DNA of 59,167 nt, filler included. It is 8 parts of 8 records of this genome, joined end to end, with 100 filler letters (N's around TTAATTAATTAA, not from the genome) between each part and the next. Parts side by side here need not be neighbours in the genome. Positions count along the whole stretch, not along the records: positions 17,295 to 25,210 come from SRR31156797_17791; positions 25,311 to 30,883 come from SRR31156797_17797; 6 more parts are not named here. One strand, 5' to 3'. A program made the position numbers and the translations under genes. Of this stretch, positions 19,832 to 29,865 are shown piece by piece. Under the pieces are notes generated by a model. It ran no database searches. It had not been told where the DNA came from and saw only the letters and a list, made by a program, of their open reading frames with translations. Position 1 is the stretch's first letter; every line of letters starts with the position of its first letter.

Positions 19832-20065
19832 TCTGGTGATCGAGGAGGCCGTGGACGTTAAAAAGCAATTACGGATAAGGATCCCGGCGGCCCGCGCAAC
19901 TGATTTCTTGGCCGCCGGGTTTAAACGCAACAGGAATTGTTGGATTGGTAAAAATATGTCATGCTGAAATAATTCATTTTTTACTGAGTTTTGATGAGTG
20001 AGTGCGGTTAGATATACTAATGAGCGTAGCAGGGATGACGGAATTGATAGCGGGTTGCCAACGCC

Positions 20066-20617
20066 ATGGGAGATGATCGGCAGGCAATGGAAAGATTCCT
20101 GGCATCGATCGAACGCCGGGCGTTTTTAATAGCCCGTGTCGCCACATCCGATACGGAAGAAGCCATGGATATTGTTCAGGACGCCATGTTGTTACTGGTC
20201 AGGAAATATCGTAACAAACCTGAGCAGTTGTGGAAACCGCTTTTCAATCGTATCTTGCAGAATCGGATCAGGGACTGGTATCGCCGCACTGCTGTCAGAA
20301 GCCGTTGGATGACCTGGTTTCGCGGTAGGAGAGAAGATGAAAATGGCCTGGCCGGGGATCCCCTTGAAAATATCGAAGACCCCAGCTGCGACAATCCGGC
20401 GAAACTGGCCATACAGGGAGAAGCGTCCGGAAAATTGTTATCGGCCCTGGAAAAACTTCCCAGGCGCCAACAACAGGCTTTTTTACTGCGGGCCTGGGAA
20501 GGGTTGTCGGTGTCTGAAACCGCCGGCGCCATGAGGTGTTCTGAAGGGTCGGTGAAAACCCACTATTCAAGAGCCGTTAGATCATTACGCGACCAATTGG
20601 AGGATGTTCGGCCATGA
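20066..20617 (+). CDS. ECF RNA polymerase sigma factor
   Basis: AMDIVQDAML (region 2) and LPRRQQQAFLLRAWEGLSVSETAGAMRCSEGSVKTHYSRA (region 4). Confidence 0.92.
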   Translation: MGDDRQAMERFLASIERRAFLIARVATSDTEEAMDIVQDAMLLLVRKYRNKPEQLWKPLFNRILQNRIRDWYRRTAVRSRWMTWFRGRREDENGLAGDPLENIEDPSCDNPAKLAIQGEASGKLLSALEKLPRRQQQAFLLRAWEGLSVSETAGAMRCSEGSVKTHYSRAVRSLRDQLEDVRP

Positions 20618-20979
20618 ATGATAAGGATCGGGAAGCCCAATTCCTGGAACAGGCGCGGTCCGCATTGGATCAGGAAGCTGAAAGCCTGGATGCCGCGACT
20701 GCCTCGCGGCTGAAAAGGGCCCGATATGAGGCCCTGGAACAATACGACCCTCCGTCTGCCGGACTATGGCGCCTTATTCGCGTCCCCGCTGCGGCGGCGG
20801 TCGCTGCCGGGATTATTATCGCGGTTGTAACTTTTACGAATCCGCGATATCCGGCCCCATTTCAAAACGGGTCCACGCTTTCCGATCTTGAAATTCTGCA
20901 GTCCGGCGAACAGTTTGATCTGTTGACTGATTTAGACTTTTACTACTGGCTGGCCGAAACGGAAGAATATGCGGGTTGA
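20614..20979 (+). CDS. Probable single-TM anti-sigma factor (DUF3619-like)
   Basis: ATGA overlap with the sigma gene; LDAATASRLKRARYEAL, one TM segment, DLDFYYWL C-terminus. Confidence 0.7.
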   Translation: MNDKDREAQFLEQARSALDQEAESLDAATASRLKRARYEALEQYDPPSAGLWRLIRVPAAAAVAAGIIIAVVTFTNPRYPAPFQNGSTLSDLEILQSGEQFDLLTDLDFYYWLAETEEYAG

Positions 20980-21202
20980 AATATTTGTTATCCTGGTTTG
21001 TCTTTTACTGGCGCCGGCCTCGAATGCCTGGAGCGGTGAAAAGGAACAGGCAAGGAATGTACACGTTGAAAAAGATGCAGAGCCGCCATCGGCGGAGCTT
21101 ATTATCTTTTTGGGCGACTGGGAAACGAATGACGGAGAATGGGTGGATCCGACATTATTGGAAGATCCTTCGGAGCCGGGGCAGGAGTTATCTGATGAAT
21201 AG
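20969..21202 (+). CDS. Small exported acidic protein
   Basis: Signal peptide; PPSAELIIFLGDWETNDGEWVDP; overlaps both neighbours in operon fashion. Confidence 0.6.
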   Translation: MRVEIFVILVCLLLAPASNAWSGEKEQARNVHVEKDAEPPSAELIIFLGDWETNDGEWVDPTLLEDPSEPGQELSDE

Positions 21203-21773
21203 TGAAAAACAATATAAATGGCATCTGTTTCAGATAGTTATGCTCTTGATACTATTGCTCCCCGCAGGAGCCATGGGAGAACAGGGCGGTATATCCTGGG
21301 ACCGGTTGAGTCCCGAGGAGAAAAAAATACTGAAACCTTTTGCCGACAAATGGGAAAAAATGGAGGCCCAGCAACAACAAAAGCTGAGGAAAGGGGCTCG
21401 GCGATGGAACAGCATGACGCCTGAACAACGGCGTCAGGCCCGGATACGTTTGGAAAAATGGAAAAAAATGTCACCGGAACAGCGCGAGCGCATACGGCGC
21501 CGGTTTGAAGAATTTAAGAAACTGTCTCCGGAGGAAAGGCAGCGCCTTTTGAAGGCCCGCCAGCGCTACAAGAATATGGCGCCGGAAAAGAAAGAGCAGA
21601 TTAGAAAGCGATGGCAAAAATTGACGCCCGAGCAAAGGCGCAAATTTATGGAGAGAAGGCTAAAGGCGTCGCCTGAAAAAAATAAAAAAGTTCGCGAACG
21701 CATAAAGAATATGACTCCGGAGGAAAGACGCAAGTTAAAACGCAAATGGAATAACACTAATTCCTATGATTGA
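21195..21773 (+). CDS. DUF3106-like periplasmic helical repeat protein
   Basis: Start reassigned to ATG 21195 (RBS AGGAG); signal peptide; repeated W/FxxM/LSPEQR units. Confidence 0.75.
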   Translation: MNSEKQYKWHLFQIVMLLILLLPAGAMGEQGGISWDRLSPEEKKILKPFADKWEKMEAQQQQKLRKGARRWNSMTPEQRRQARIRLEKWKKMSPEQRERIRRRFEEFKKLSPEERQRLLKARQRYKNMAPEKKEQIRKRWQKLTPEQRRKFMERRLKASPEKNKKVRERIKNMTPEERRKLKRKWNNTNSYD

Positions 21774-22327
21774 CGCCATTTTAAAAAATGATGTCAATTG
21801 CTTTAACCGGAATAATAAATGACTATAGTAATTATGCGGCCCTGATTGATTCATTAACCATATAAGTCTCTTAAAGACTCATCAGAATTGAAATTCGATA
21901 ACGTATTCAAGCAAGCCGACGCCTTCATTGAAAGAGATGATTCTGAACATGATATTCTTAATTCGCTATCATGCTGTAAATAATTAATAAAATTGGATGA
22001 TGCCTTAACGGACAGGCATTTACTCGTTTTTGTTACATTTATTTACATTGCAGCACTTGTTTTCATCGCATCGGCATGTAAAAATTAAATAGATATTATT
22101 TGACATAAACGACAGGGGTGCTAAATTATTAAATTGAAATTCATAGCTGCCTGCAATTTGATTTGAAACAGACTATCTTCGGTCTTTGTTAGTTGAACAA
22201 AACAGATTTTAAGCGAAGAGGGGGCCGTGTCGGCAGCTAAAAAATAATCATTTAATAAACTTAGCGTCATCCTAGCCTTGGTTTGCGAGGCTTAGTCTTA
22301 ATTTGTTAGTGGATATAGGTACTTGTT

Positions 22328-23149
22328 TTGACTGTTTCTAGTACGCGCGAGTTGGCATTAAAAATACGAAAGCATGCTCTGGATATGACGCGCAGAGCCA
22401 AGAGTTCTCATATCGGATCCGTTTTTTCAGCGACTGATATAATCGCGGTCTTATATGGCGAGGTTTTGCAGGTCAGGCCGGATGAACCTGACTGGCCCGA
22501 CCGGGACAGGTTTATTCTGAGTAAGGGTCATGCTTGCGCCGGGCAGTATGCGGCCATGGCGGAAAAAGGCTTTTTCCCTGTTGACAGGCTAAAGGAATAT
22601 AACGCCTGCGGCAGCGTTTTATGCGGTCATGTTTCTCATGTGGGCGTGCCCGGCGTGGATTTTTCAACCGGTTCCCTCGGCCACGGCTTGCCGGTTGCCG
22701 CGGGAATGGCCTATGCGGCCAAGTTGGATGAAAAAAAACATCGTGTTTATATTGTCTTGAGTGAAGGCGATTGTGATGAAGGGTCGACATGGGAAGCAGT
22801 GCTTTTTGCTGCTCACCATGAATTGACTAATCTTGTGGCCATAGTGGATTATAACAAGCTGCAAAGCTTGGCTTCCACTGAAAATACTTTGGGACTGGAG
22901 CCGTTTGTCGATAAGTGGAAGGCATTTGGCTGGGACGTGATTGAAACCGACGGACACGATCACGAGTCCTTAAAAAGATGTCTGGAATTCGATACTGCTG
23001 AAGGCGGGCCTCCACGATGCATCATCGCCCATACAATTAAGGGGAAGGGTGTGTCTTTTATGGAAAATACCGTTTTATGGCATTACCGCAGTCCTCAGGG
23101 AGAAGAATACGAGGCTGCGCTCAAAGAACTGGAAGAAATAAGTGCGTAA
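22328..23149 (+). CDS. Transketolase-like N-terminal (TPP-binding) subunit
   Basis: DRDRFILSKGHA, STGSLGHGL, SEGDCDEGSTWEA, HTIKGKG. Confidence 0.92.
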   Translation: MTVSSTRELALKIRKHALDMTRRAKSSHIGSVFSATDIIAVLYGEVLQVRPDEPDWPDRDRFILSKGHACAGQYAAMAEKGFFPVDRLKEYNACGSVLCGHVSHVGVPGVDFSTGSLGHGLPVAAGMAYAAKLDEKKHRVYIVLSEGDCDEGSTWEAVLFAAHHELTNLVAIVDYNKLQSLASTENTLGLEPFVDKWKAFGWDVIETDGHDHESLKRCLEFDTAEGGPPRCIIAHTIKGKGVSFMENTVLWHYRSPQGEEYEAALKELEEISA

Positions 23150-24092
23150 TGAATTTGTAAATACTCTTATGGGATTGGCTGAAGCTGACAAGGACTTGAT
23201 ATTGCTTACCGGTGATTTGGGCTTTGGAGTTCTGACAAAGTTTATGGAAAAATATCCCCGGCAGTTTATTAATGTGGGGGTGGCCGAGCAAAACATGTCC
23301 GGTCTTGCGGCCGGTTTGGCCAAGTCCGGCAAAAAGGTTTTTACCTATTCCATCGGTATTTTTAACACAATGCGTTGTCTGGAGCAGATTCGAAATGATA
23401 TTTGCTACCATGACGCTGATGTTAGTATTGTCAGTATAGGGGGCGGTTTCGCCTATGGTTCCTTAGGCGTAAGCCATCATGCCACCGAAGATCTTGCCGT
23501 TATGAGGGCTTTGCCCAACATGCAGGTTGTGGCGCCGGGAGACAGGGTGGAAGCCGGATTGGCGGCCAGGGCGGTTTATGAGCACCCGGGACCGTGCTAC
23601 CTGCGATTGGGCAGGGGCGGGGACCCGGTTTTACATGATAAAAAACCGTCGTTCAAAATTGGCAAGGCCATACCCATGTTTGAAAGTGGAGACATCGCCC
23701 TGTTGAGCACAGGCGGAATTTTGGGCAATGTTATGGCTGCGGCCGATATTCTTTCTTCCAGGGGTATAGGCGTTTCAGTATACAGCGTTCATACCTTGAA
23801 ACCCTTTGATTGCGACTTGATTATGGATTTGGCGCATAGGTCCCGACTTGTGGTTACGGTGGAAGAGCACACTATCAGCGGAGGGCTTGGCGGCTGCGCG
23901 GCAGAGGTCATGGCTGAAATGATCGGGGTTCGGCCTCCGCTGGTTCGTATCGGCCTCAGGGAAGGATTTACCCACGAAGTTGGGGATACTGAATATTTAA
24001 GGGCCTTGAACGGCCTCTCGCCGGAACTTATTGCCGAAAGAGTACAAAAAGCCGCCGGGCGACTTATGAAGGAGAAAAGAGTTGTCGCCTGA
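23142..24092 (+). CDS. Transketolase-like C-terminal subunit
   Basis: NVGVAEQNM, SHHATED, YLRLG, VTVEEH...GGLG. Confidence 0.92.
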   Translation: MRNEFVNTLMGLAEADKDLILLTGDLGFGVLTKFMEKYPRQFINVGVAEQNMSGLAAGLAKSGKKVFTYSIGIFNTMRCLEQIRNDICYHDADVSIVSIGGGFAYGSLGVSHHATEDLAVMRALPNMQVVAPGDRVEAGLAARAVYEHPGPCYLRLGRGGDPVLHDKKPSFKIGKAIPMFESGDIALLSTGGILGNVMAAADILSSRGIGVSVYSVHTLKPFDCDLIMDLAHRSRLVVTVEEHTISGGLGGCAAEVMAEMIGVRPPLVRIGLREGFTHEVGDTEYLRALNGLSPELIAERVQKAAGRLMKEKRVVA

Positions 24093-25185
24093 TATCCGCT
24101 TTGTTACTCCCGACCGGACATATGCCAATCTAAAGGAAGAACTCGACGCCGCCTATTTCGAAGTTATGGACGCCGGCGACCTTGTAGATCGCCGTCAACT
24201 AAGGTCTTTTGAAGAAACCCTGGCCGAATTCGTTGGGACAAAATACGCTGTCGGATTGAACAGCGGGTACGACGCCCTTTGTCTTTCCCTTATGGCTGCC
24301 GGAATCGGTCCGAACGACAAGGTAATTGTTCCCGCGCATACTTTCGTGGCCACGGCTTCGGCGGTGGTAAATGCCGGGGCGACGCCGGTCCTGGTTGATG
24401 TAGGACCTGATTTTAATATTGATGTCGACAAGATGCAAGAGGCGATCGATAGTGATGTCAAGGCGGTCATCCCTGTTCATCTTAATGGCTATATGGCTGA
24501 TATGGAAAGAATTTCCGCTTTGGCCGACAAGCACGGCCTGGTGGTGATCGAGGATGCCTGCCAGAGTTTGGGCGCCTCTATGAACGGCAGGCGCGCCGGG
24601 TCCTGGGGCCTGACCGGCTGTTGGAGTTTCTATCCTTTTAAAATTCTGGGAGGTTACGGCGACGGGGGGGCGATTGTCACTGATGATTACGAGACAGCTT
24701 TATATATAAGGCGAATGCGTTTTAATGGAGAGGATCGAGGGACCGGTGAATATCACGGTCATGGTTTCTCGTGCATTATGGACAATCTGCAGGCTGCGTT
24801 TTTGAATGTTAAAATAAAGCGCCTGCCGGAGTGGATCGAGCGGAGAAGGGAAATTGCAGGCCGCTATCTGAAGGGGCTTGAGGGGCTCAATGGACTTAGT
24901 CTGCCCCATTACGATACGCCGGAAAGAGATCATGTATACCAGAATTACGTGGTGCGTTCGGAACACGGCGATGCCTTTTCAGATTATTTGAAAAGCAAGG
25001 GCATTGAAGTCCTGACCCAGTTCAGAAAGCCCTATTACCGCCATTCAGGTTTGAAGCTTGAAGATCGAGGGTTTCCGGAGACGGAAGAACTCAGCCGCCA
25101 GGTTTGTTCTCTGCCTTTAAATCCGGAAATGACGGATGATGAAGCTGACCTGGTAATTCAAACCGTCAGGTCATTTTATGAATAG
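24082..25185 (+). CDS. DegT/DnrJ/EryC1/StrS family sugar aminotransferase
   Basis: TFVATA, PVHLNG, IEDACQS, SFYPFKILGGYGDGG (PLP Lys). Confidence 0.92.
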   Translation: MSPDIRFVTPDRTYANLKEELDAAYFEVMDAGDLVDRRQLRSFEETLAEFVGTKYAVGLNSGYDALCLSLMAAGIGPNDKVIVPAHTFVATASAVVNAGATPVLVDVGPDFNIDVDKMQEAIDSDVKAVIPVHLNGYMADMERISALADKHGLVVIEDACQSLGASMNGRRAGSWGLTGCWSFYPFKILGGYGDGGAIVTDDYETALYIRRMRFNGEDRGTGEYHGHGFSCIMDNLQAAFLNVKIKRLPEWIERRREIAGRYLKGLEGLNGLSLPHYDTPERDHVYQNYVVRSEHGDAFSDYLKSKGIEVLTQFRKPYYRHSGLKLEDRGFPETEELSRQVCSLPLNPEMTDDEADLVIQTVRSFYE

Positions 25186-25210
25186 TGTCTGTCCAGAAAT
25201 GAGGAGTTTT

Positions 25211-25310
25211 NNNNNNNNNNNNNNNNNNNNNNNNNNNNNNNNNNNNNNNNNNNNTTAATTAATTAANNNNNNNNNNNNNNNNNNNNNNNNNNNNNNNNNN
25301 NNNNNNNNNN
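25211..25310. other. Artificial contig spacer
   Basis: N44-TTAATTAATTAA-N44. Confidence 0.98.
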
Positions 25311-25341
25311 CTTTGTAATCTGGGTGAATATCTTTTTTCAT
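25311..25341 (-). CDS. rpmE: 50S ribosomal protein L31, first 10 codons (truncated by contig end)
   Basis: Minus strand translates MKKDIHPDYK, the conserved L31 N-terminus, with upstream AAGGAAG RBS. Not in the ORF track. Confidence 0.8.
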
Positions 25342-25428
25342 AATACTTCCTTATTTTAAAGTCACAAAAGGGTCGCGTCTTTGTCGCCCTTTATTAAAGT
25401 GGCGAATTATACAAGAATTAAGCTAAAA

Positions 25429-26397
25429 TTAAAATAAATCGATAGAGCTTTCTTCCTCTTTTTTGTAGACTGCATATTTAGAACGCCCTTTATTTTTTGC
25501 TTCATTTAAAAACATATCAGAATTTTTCAAAACTTGTTGGATATCATCTGAGTCTTCTGGATAAAATGAGATCCCTATGCAGATAGTCTTTTTTAAAGTT
25601 TGTTGTGTCTCTCTATTGACTACTACTTCAATATTAGCAAACTTATCAATAATACTTTGTGCGATTTGTAAGGCTACTTCTTTACTTGAAATATCCACAA
25701 GAGCTACTAAAAACTCATCTCCAGTAAGTCGTGCAACTATATCAAAATCTCGTATCTGAGAGTGGATCACTTTTGCAAGTTCAATTAAAACCTGATCTCC
25801 AATATCATAATCAAACTCTTCAATAACAGCTTTAAATCTATCGATCCCTATCATTAAAAAAGCAATCCCTTTATCCTCTTTATTTGATAAAGAGATCACC
25901 TTATTGATATGATTAATTAAATATTTTCTATTATGTACATTTGTAACACTATCTATAGAAGAAGCTTCCACATGATGTTTCTTCATAATTCCATTTTGCA
26001 AGATTGGGGAGATTTGGAAAAAAGCTGCTTCAATGAAAACATAATCATCATATATCGCTTTATACTCTTTCTCATTGTTTGCATTAAAAGCTATAACTGC
26101 GTTAGTTTCTGTATGAGTATTCACAATAAAATAAAATGAATACTGATCATCTAAGTAAAACTCTTCCCCTTTTTCTAAGATAGCAGTGGAAAGGTTCTTT
26201 TCCATATCAAAAAGTGAAAATGTAAGGTTATGGACATTATATTTAAAGTTTAGCCACCTAAAAAGATCATCAGCCATCTCATTTAGATTCTCGCTATACT
26301 GCAATTGATCGTATAAGTCATAGATGTTTTCTAATGACTTGATTTTAGTCTGATCAGTAATGGCTTGTTTTATTAAGGCTAACATCTCTTTTTTCAT
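25429..26397 (-). CDS. GGDEF-domain protein (variant TGDEF, RxxD I-site)
   Basis: DSVTNVHNRK, IDRFKAV, RDFDIVARLTGDEF, AKNKGRS. Confidence 0.85.
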   Translation of the reverse strand: MKKEMLALIKQAITDQTKIKSLENIYDLYDQLQYSENLNEMADDLFRWLNFKYNVHNLTFSLFDMEKNLSTAILEKGEEFYLDDQYSFYFIVNTHTETNAVIAFNANNEKEYKAIYDDYVFIEAAFFQISPILQNGIMKKHHVEASSIDSVTNVHNRKYLINHINKVISLSNKEDKGIAFLMIGIDRFKAVIEEFDYDIGDQVLIELAKVIHSQIRDFDIVARLTGDEFLVALVDISSKEVALQIAQSIIDKFANIEVVVNRETQQTLKKTICIGISFYPEDSDDIQQVLKNSDMFLNEAKNKGRSKYAVYKKEEESSIDLF

Positions 26398-26409
26398 CTG
26401 TTTATTTTA

Positions 26410-27291
26410 CTAATTTAAGCTTAGTTTTGAGTAAATTTGATATGCTTTATTATTATAAACAAACTGTAAATAATTAGAATGTAACAACAATCTTCCATAT
26501 CCTATAGTTTCTAACCTTTCTTCCAAAGAAAGTTTTTTTAGAAGATACCTATCAGCTATCTCCTCATCCACCCCATATATAGGATCGCCCACAATTGGAT
26601 GCCCTATATGATCAAGATGTACTCGAATTTGATGTTGCCTTCCTGTAAGAGGAATAGCTTCTACTAATGTTTGATCTTTTAATTTATTATATTCTATTGG
26701 AACAATATCTGTTAATGATTCTTTTCCATCAGAAGCAATACACATTTTTACACCAATCATACTTGTCTTTGATTTAGCTATTGGATCAGTTATTGTGATA
26801 TGTTTGTTTATTTTTCCTTTGACCACTGCTAAATACTTTTTTTTATATTGTTTATTCTCAAACATCTCTTTTAAAATAATATCACTTGCTTTATTTTTTG
26901 TAACCAGTACCAAACCTGATGTTTCTTGATCTATTCTATGAGCTAGATTAGCACTCTGGCCAAAATGGTATCTAATCTCATCAAGCAGTGTATATTCAGT
27001 ATTTCTTGAAGTTGGATGCACCATCACTCCACTTGGTTTATCAAAAAAAGCAAAATCATCTGTTTGAAAAAGAGGTTTTAGTCCTCTCGTTTGCCCCTCA
27101 AAAATAGCAACTTGTATAAACTCCCCTTTGATAGTTTGCCCATTTCGCAAAATATTTCCTTGCTCATCAAAAACTCTACATTTGGAAACTAGTTTTTGTG
27201 AAAGGGAAAGTGGAAAACCAAATTGATTGATAAGTGCATTTTGAATTTTTTCTTGTTTTTGTATAGGATATTTTTTTAATATAAATGGCAT
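26410..27291 (-). CDS. RluA-family RNA pseudouridine synthase
   Basis: DKPSG, HRIDQETSGL, TGRQHQIRVH, PIVGDPIYG. Confidence 0.92.
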   Translation of the reverse strand: MPFILKKYPIQKQEKIQNALINQFGFPLSLSQKLVSKCRVFDEQGNILRNGQTIKGEFIQVAIFEGQTRGLKPLFQTDDFAFFDKPSGVMVHPTSRNTEYTLLDEIRYHFGQSANLAHRIDQETSGLVLVTKNKASDIILKEMFENKQYKKKYLAVVKGKINKHITITDPIAKSKTSMIGVKMCIASDGKESLTDIVPIEYNKLKDQTLVEAIPLTGRQHQIRVHLDHIGHPIVGDPIYGVDEEIADRYLLKKLSLEERLETIGYGRLLLHSNYLQFVYNNKAYQIYSKLSLN

Positions 27292-27388
27292 TTGTAATTA
27301 TAGCATAAAAGGATACTAATAACAGATTAAGTCTCTAAGGTGTATAATTTCGTAACTTTTTTACACAATTTTAAACAAAAGGGTTTTT

Positions 27389-28513
27389 GTGAGAGAAACA
27401 ACACTAATAATACTTTGTGCAGGGGAATCTTCTAGATTTGGCCTCCATTCAAAAAAACAATGGCTTCGTATCGAAGATGAACCATTGTGGCTAAATGTAA
27501 CAAATAGAGTTGCATCTTATGCTGATTTTTCAAAAGTGATTATTGTTGCTCATAAAAACGAACTTGAGTATATGAAAAACTTCACAGATCAGTTTGAATT
27601 TGTTGCAGGTGGTAGCACAAGACAGGAGTCTATGAAAAATGCTTTACAACATGTAACATCACCTTTTGTAATGATCTCAGATGTGGCAAGAGCCTGTATC
27701 CCTAAACGAGTAATTGATGATTTATTAGCTTCAAAAGAGAAAGCATCTTGTATCGTTCCCTCTCTAAAAGTTTCTGATACTGTAGTTTACAATGAAGAAA
27801 CCATCAATAGAGATGATGTAAAACTAATACAAACTCCTCAACTCTCAAAAACTGAGATATTAAAAAAAGCATTAACAAGTGTGCAAGAGTTTACCGATGA
27901 TAGTAGTGCTATTAAAGATATAGGTGAAAGTGTATACTATATAGATGGATCAATTGAATCAGATAAACTCACCTATGCAAAAGATATTCAAAAACTAAGC
28001 TGTCTAAAAGCACCGTCATCTGATCACTTTACTGGCTTTGGAATAGATATCCATCAATTTGAAGAGAATAAACCGATGTTTTTAGGTGGGATACTAATAG
28101 AAAGCCCTTTTGGGTTTAAAGCCCATAGTGATGGAGATGTCTTAATACACAGTATTATAGATGCTTTTTTAGGAGCATCTGGGGCTGGTGATATTGGAGA
28201 GTTTTTTCCAGATACTGATGAAAAATATAAAGGGGCTGATTCTAAAGAACTTTTACAACACATTGTAAAATTTATCAATGATGTGGGATATGAGATAGTC
28301 AATATTGATCTAACAATCCTAGCACAAGTTCCAAAGATCAACCCATATAAACAAGAGATCAAAAGCTCATTAGCCAAACTTATAAATTTACCAAAACAAA
28401 AACTCAATATCAAAGCAACCACAGCAGAGAAGATGGGCTTTGTAGGAAGAAAAGAGGGAGTGACCGTTTATAGTGTGGCTACCTTAAAATATTATGATTG
28501 GACAAAACAATGA
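27389..28513 (+). CDS. ispDF: Bifunctional IspD/IspF
   Basis: AGESSRFG, GGSTRQES, QTPQ (IspD); DIH, AHSDGDVLIH, DIGEFFPD, KATTAEKMGF (IspF). Confidence 0.95.
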   Translation: MRETTLIILCAGESSRFGLHSKKQWLRIEDEPLWLNVTNRVASYADFSKVIIVAHKNELEYMKNFTDQFEFVAGGSTRQESMKNALQHVTSPFVMISDVARACIPKRVIDDLLASKEKASCIVPSLKVSDTVVYNEETINRDDVKLIQTPQLSKTEILKKALTSVQEFTDDSSAIKDIGESVYYIDGSIESDKLTYAKDIQKLSCLKAPSSDHFTGFGIDIHQFEENKPMFLGGILIESPFGFKAHSDGDVLIHSIIDAFLGASGAGDIGEFFPDTDEKYKGADSKELLQHIVKFINDVGYEIVNIDLTILAQVPKINPYKQEIKSSLAKLINLPKQKLNIKATTAEKMGFVGRKEGVTVYSVATLKYYDWTKQ

Positions 28514-29400
28514 ATATATTAATATTAGATGAAGAAGTGTATTTAGCACAAAAAGTTGCTATTAGGTTGCAAGAGGAAGGAAACTATTGTTTTCATGTTT
28601 CAAATATAAAAGAGATCCATTTTGATGATCATTACGACGTGATATTACTCTCAACAAATATTAGTAGTAATGATGTCCATAAGATAATAAGTAGTTTTAG
28701 TGAGAGTATCATTATTCTACTAGTATCATATGTCAATGATACTACCGTTACAAAACCATTAAAAGATGGTGCCGTTGATTATATAGTCAAACCTTTTATT
28801 ATGGATGAACTAGTTCGAAAAATATACCACTATGTGGAGTTTAAAAACCTTAAAAAACAAAATAAAAACTTAGAAAACTATATAGACTTTGCTTTTTATA
28901 ATATTGATACGGACTGTGAGATCCCTGAAACGCTTCCTTTTGCCATAGAAACAAATGATCAAAGGCTTGCAGATAAGATAGTTTTAGATGTGGCACAAAA
29001 ACTGAATAAAAGTATAAAATATATCTCATTAGAAAAACATACTAAGATCGAACCAGAAGAGTTTGAAGATGAACTTTTATATATCTATGATTTTCACTAT
29101 GCCAAAAAAGGCTCACGAGATATGATCCTAAAAACTATTACAAATTATAACGTGATATTAAGCTCTTTAGAAGATATAGGGGATATCCCATTTGCAAAGA
29201 TCTCTTTAAAAACTACAAGTAAGCTTTCCACAGTTGATTCAATTTTAACGATTAATGACTATGTAAAACTAATGGTTACTAGTTTTCAAGATAAGTATCC
29301 AGATACAGAGCTTAGTAAACGACTAGGAATCAGTAGAAAGTCTCTTTGGGAGAAAAGAAAAAAATTTGGGATTGAAAAAAATAAAGGATCAAAAGATTGA
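28510..29400 (+). CDS. Atypical response regulator with Fis-type HTH (HP1021/Cj1608-like)
   Basis: Receiver domain lacking the phosphoacceptor Asp (YDVILLSTN); C-terminal PDTELSKRLGISRKSLWEKRKK; position directly after ispDF as in Campylobacterota. ATG 28510 overlaps the ispDF stop. Confidence 0.8.
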   Translation: MNILILDEEVYLAQKVAIRLQEEGNYCFHVSNIKEIHFDDHYDVILLSTNISSNDVHKIISSFSESIIILLVSYVNDTTVTKPLKDGAVDYIVKPFIMDELVRKIYHYVEFKNLKKQNKNLENYIDFAFYNIDTDCEIPETLPFAIETNDQRLADKIVLDVAQKLNKSIKYISLEKHTKIEPEEFEDELLYIYDFHYAKKGSRDMILKTITNYNVILSSLEDIGDIPFAKISLKTTSKLSTVDSILTINDYVKLMVTSFQDKYPDTELSKRLGISRKSLWEKRKKFGIEKNKGSKD

Positions 29401-29849
29401 ATAAAGCATTTTTAACTCTTTTTTATAGTGGACTCAGTCCAAAAGCACCTGGAACTGTAGGAAGTTTTGTAGCACTTATTTTAGGTCTAATACTTTTAAA
29501 CTACATTAGTTTAACTACCTTTTTTCTTATTACTATATTAATCTCTGTAATTGCAGTAAAGCAAATAAACATCTATGAAAAAGAAGTTGGAACCCATGAT
29601 TCTAAAGAGATCGTGATAGATGAACTCAGTGGTATGTGGATCACACTTTCTATCGCAGCGATTGAACCTAATAATTATCTTTTAGCATTTATTGCTTTTC
29701 TTTTCTTTAGACTTTTTGATATTTGGAAACCTTCAATTATAGGTAAAATTGATGAAAAAGTTAAAGGTGGCTGGGGAGTAATGGGAGATGATATGGTTGC
29801 AGGATTCTTTGCTGGACTTTGTACAGCTTTAGTGGCTACTTATATTTAA
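29397..29849 (+). CDS. pgpA: Phosphatidylglycerophosphatase A
   Basis: PKAPGTVGS, IVIDELSG, FRLFDIWKP, GVMGDDMVAG. Confidence 0.93.
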   Translation: MNKAFLTLFYSGLSPKAPGTVGSFVALILGLILLNYISLTTFFLITILISVIAVKQINIYEKEVGTHDSKEIVIDELSGMWITLSIAAIEPNNYLLAFIAFLFFRLFDIWKPSIIGKIDEKVKGGWGVMGDDMVAGFFAGLCTALVATYI

Positions 29850-29865
29850 AACAAAAATTATCAGC

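Noticed and set aside
19418-19930. Overlapping antisense and alternate-frame ORFs (170, 130, 93 and 85 aa) over the repeat gene, and similar shadow ORFs across the GRE cluster
   Set aside because: They are by-products of repetitive or GC-rich coding sequence and show no recognisable motifs.
20976-21194. N-terminal 73 aa of the 265-aa ORF
   Set aside because: This overlaps the 77-aa gene in another frame. An RBS and signal peptide support the start at 21195.
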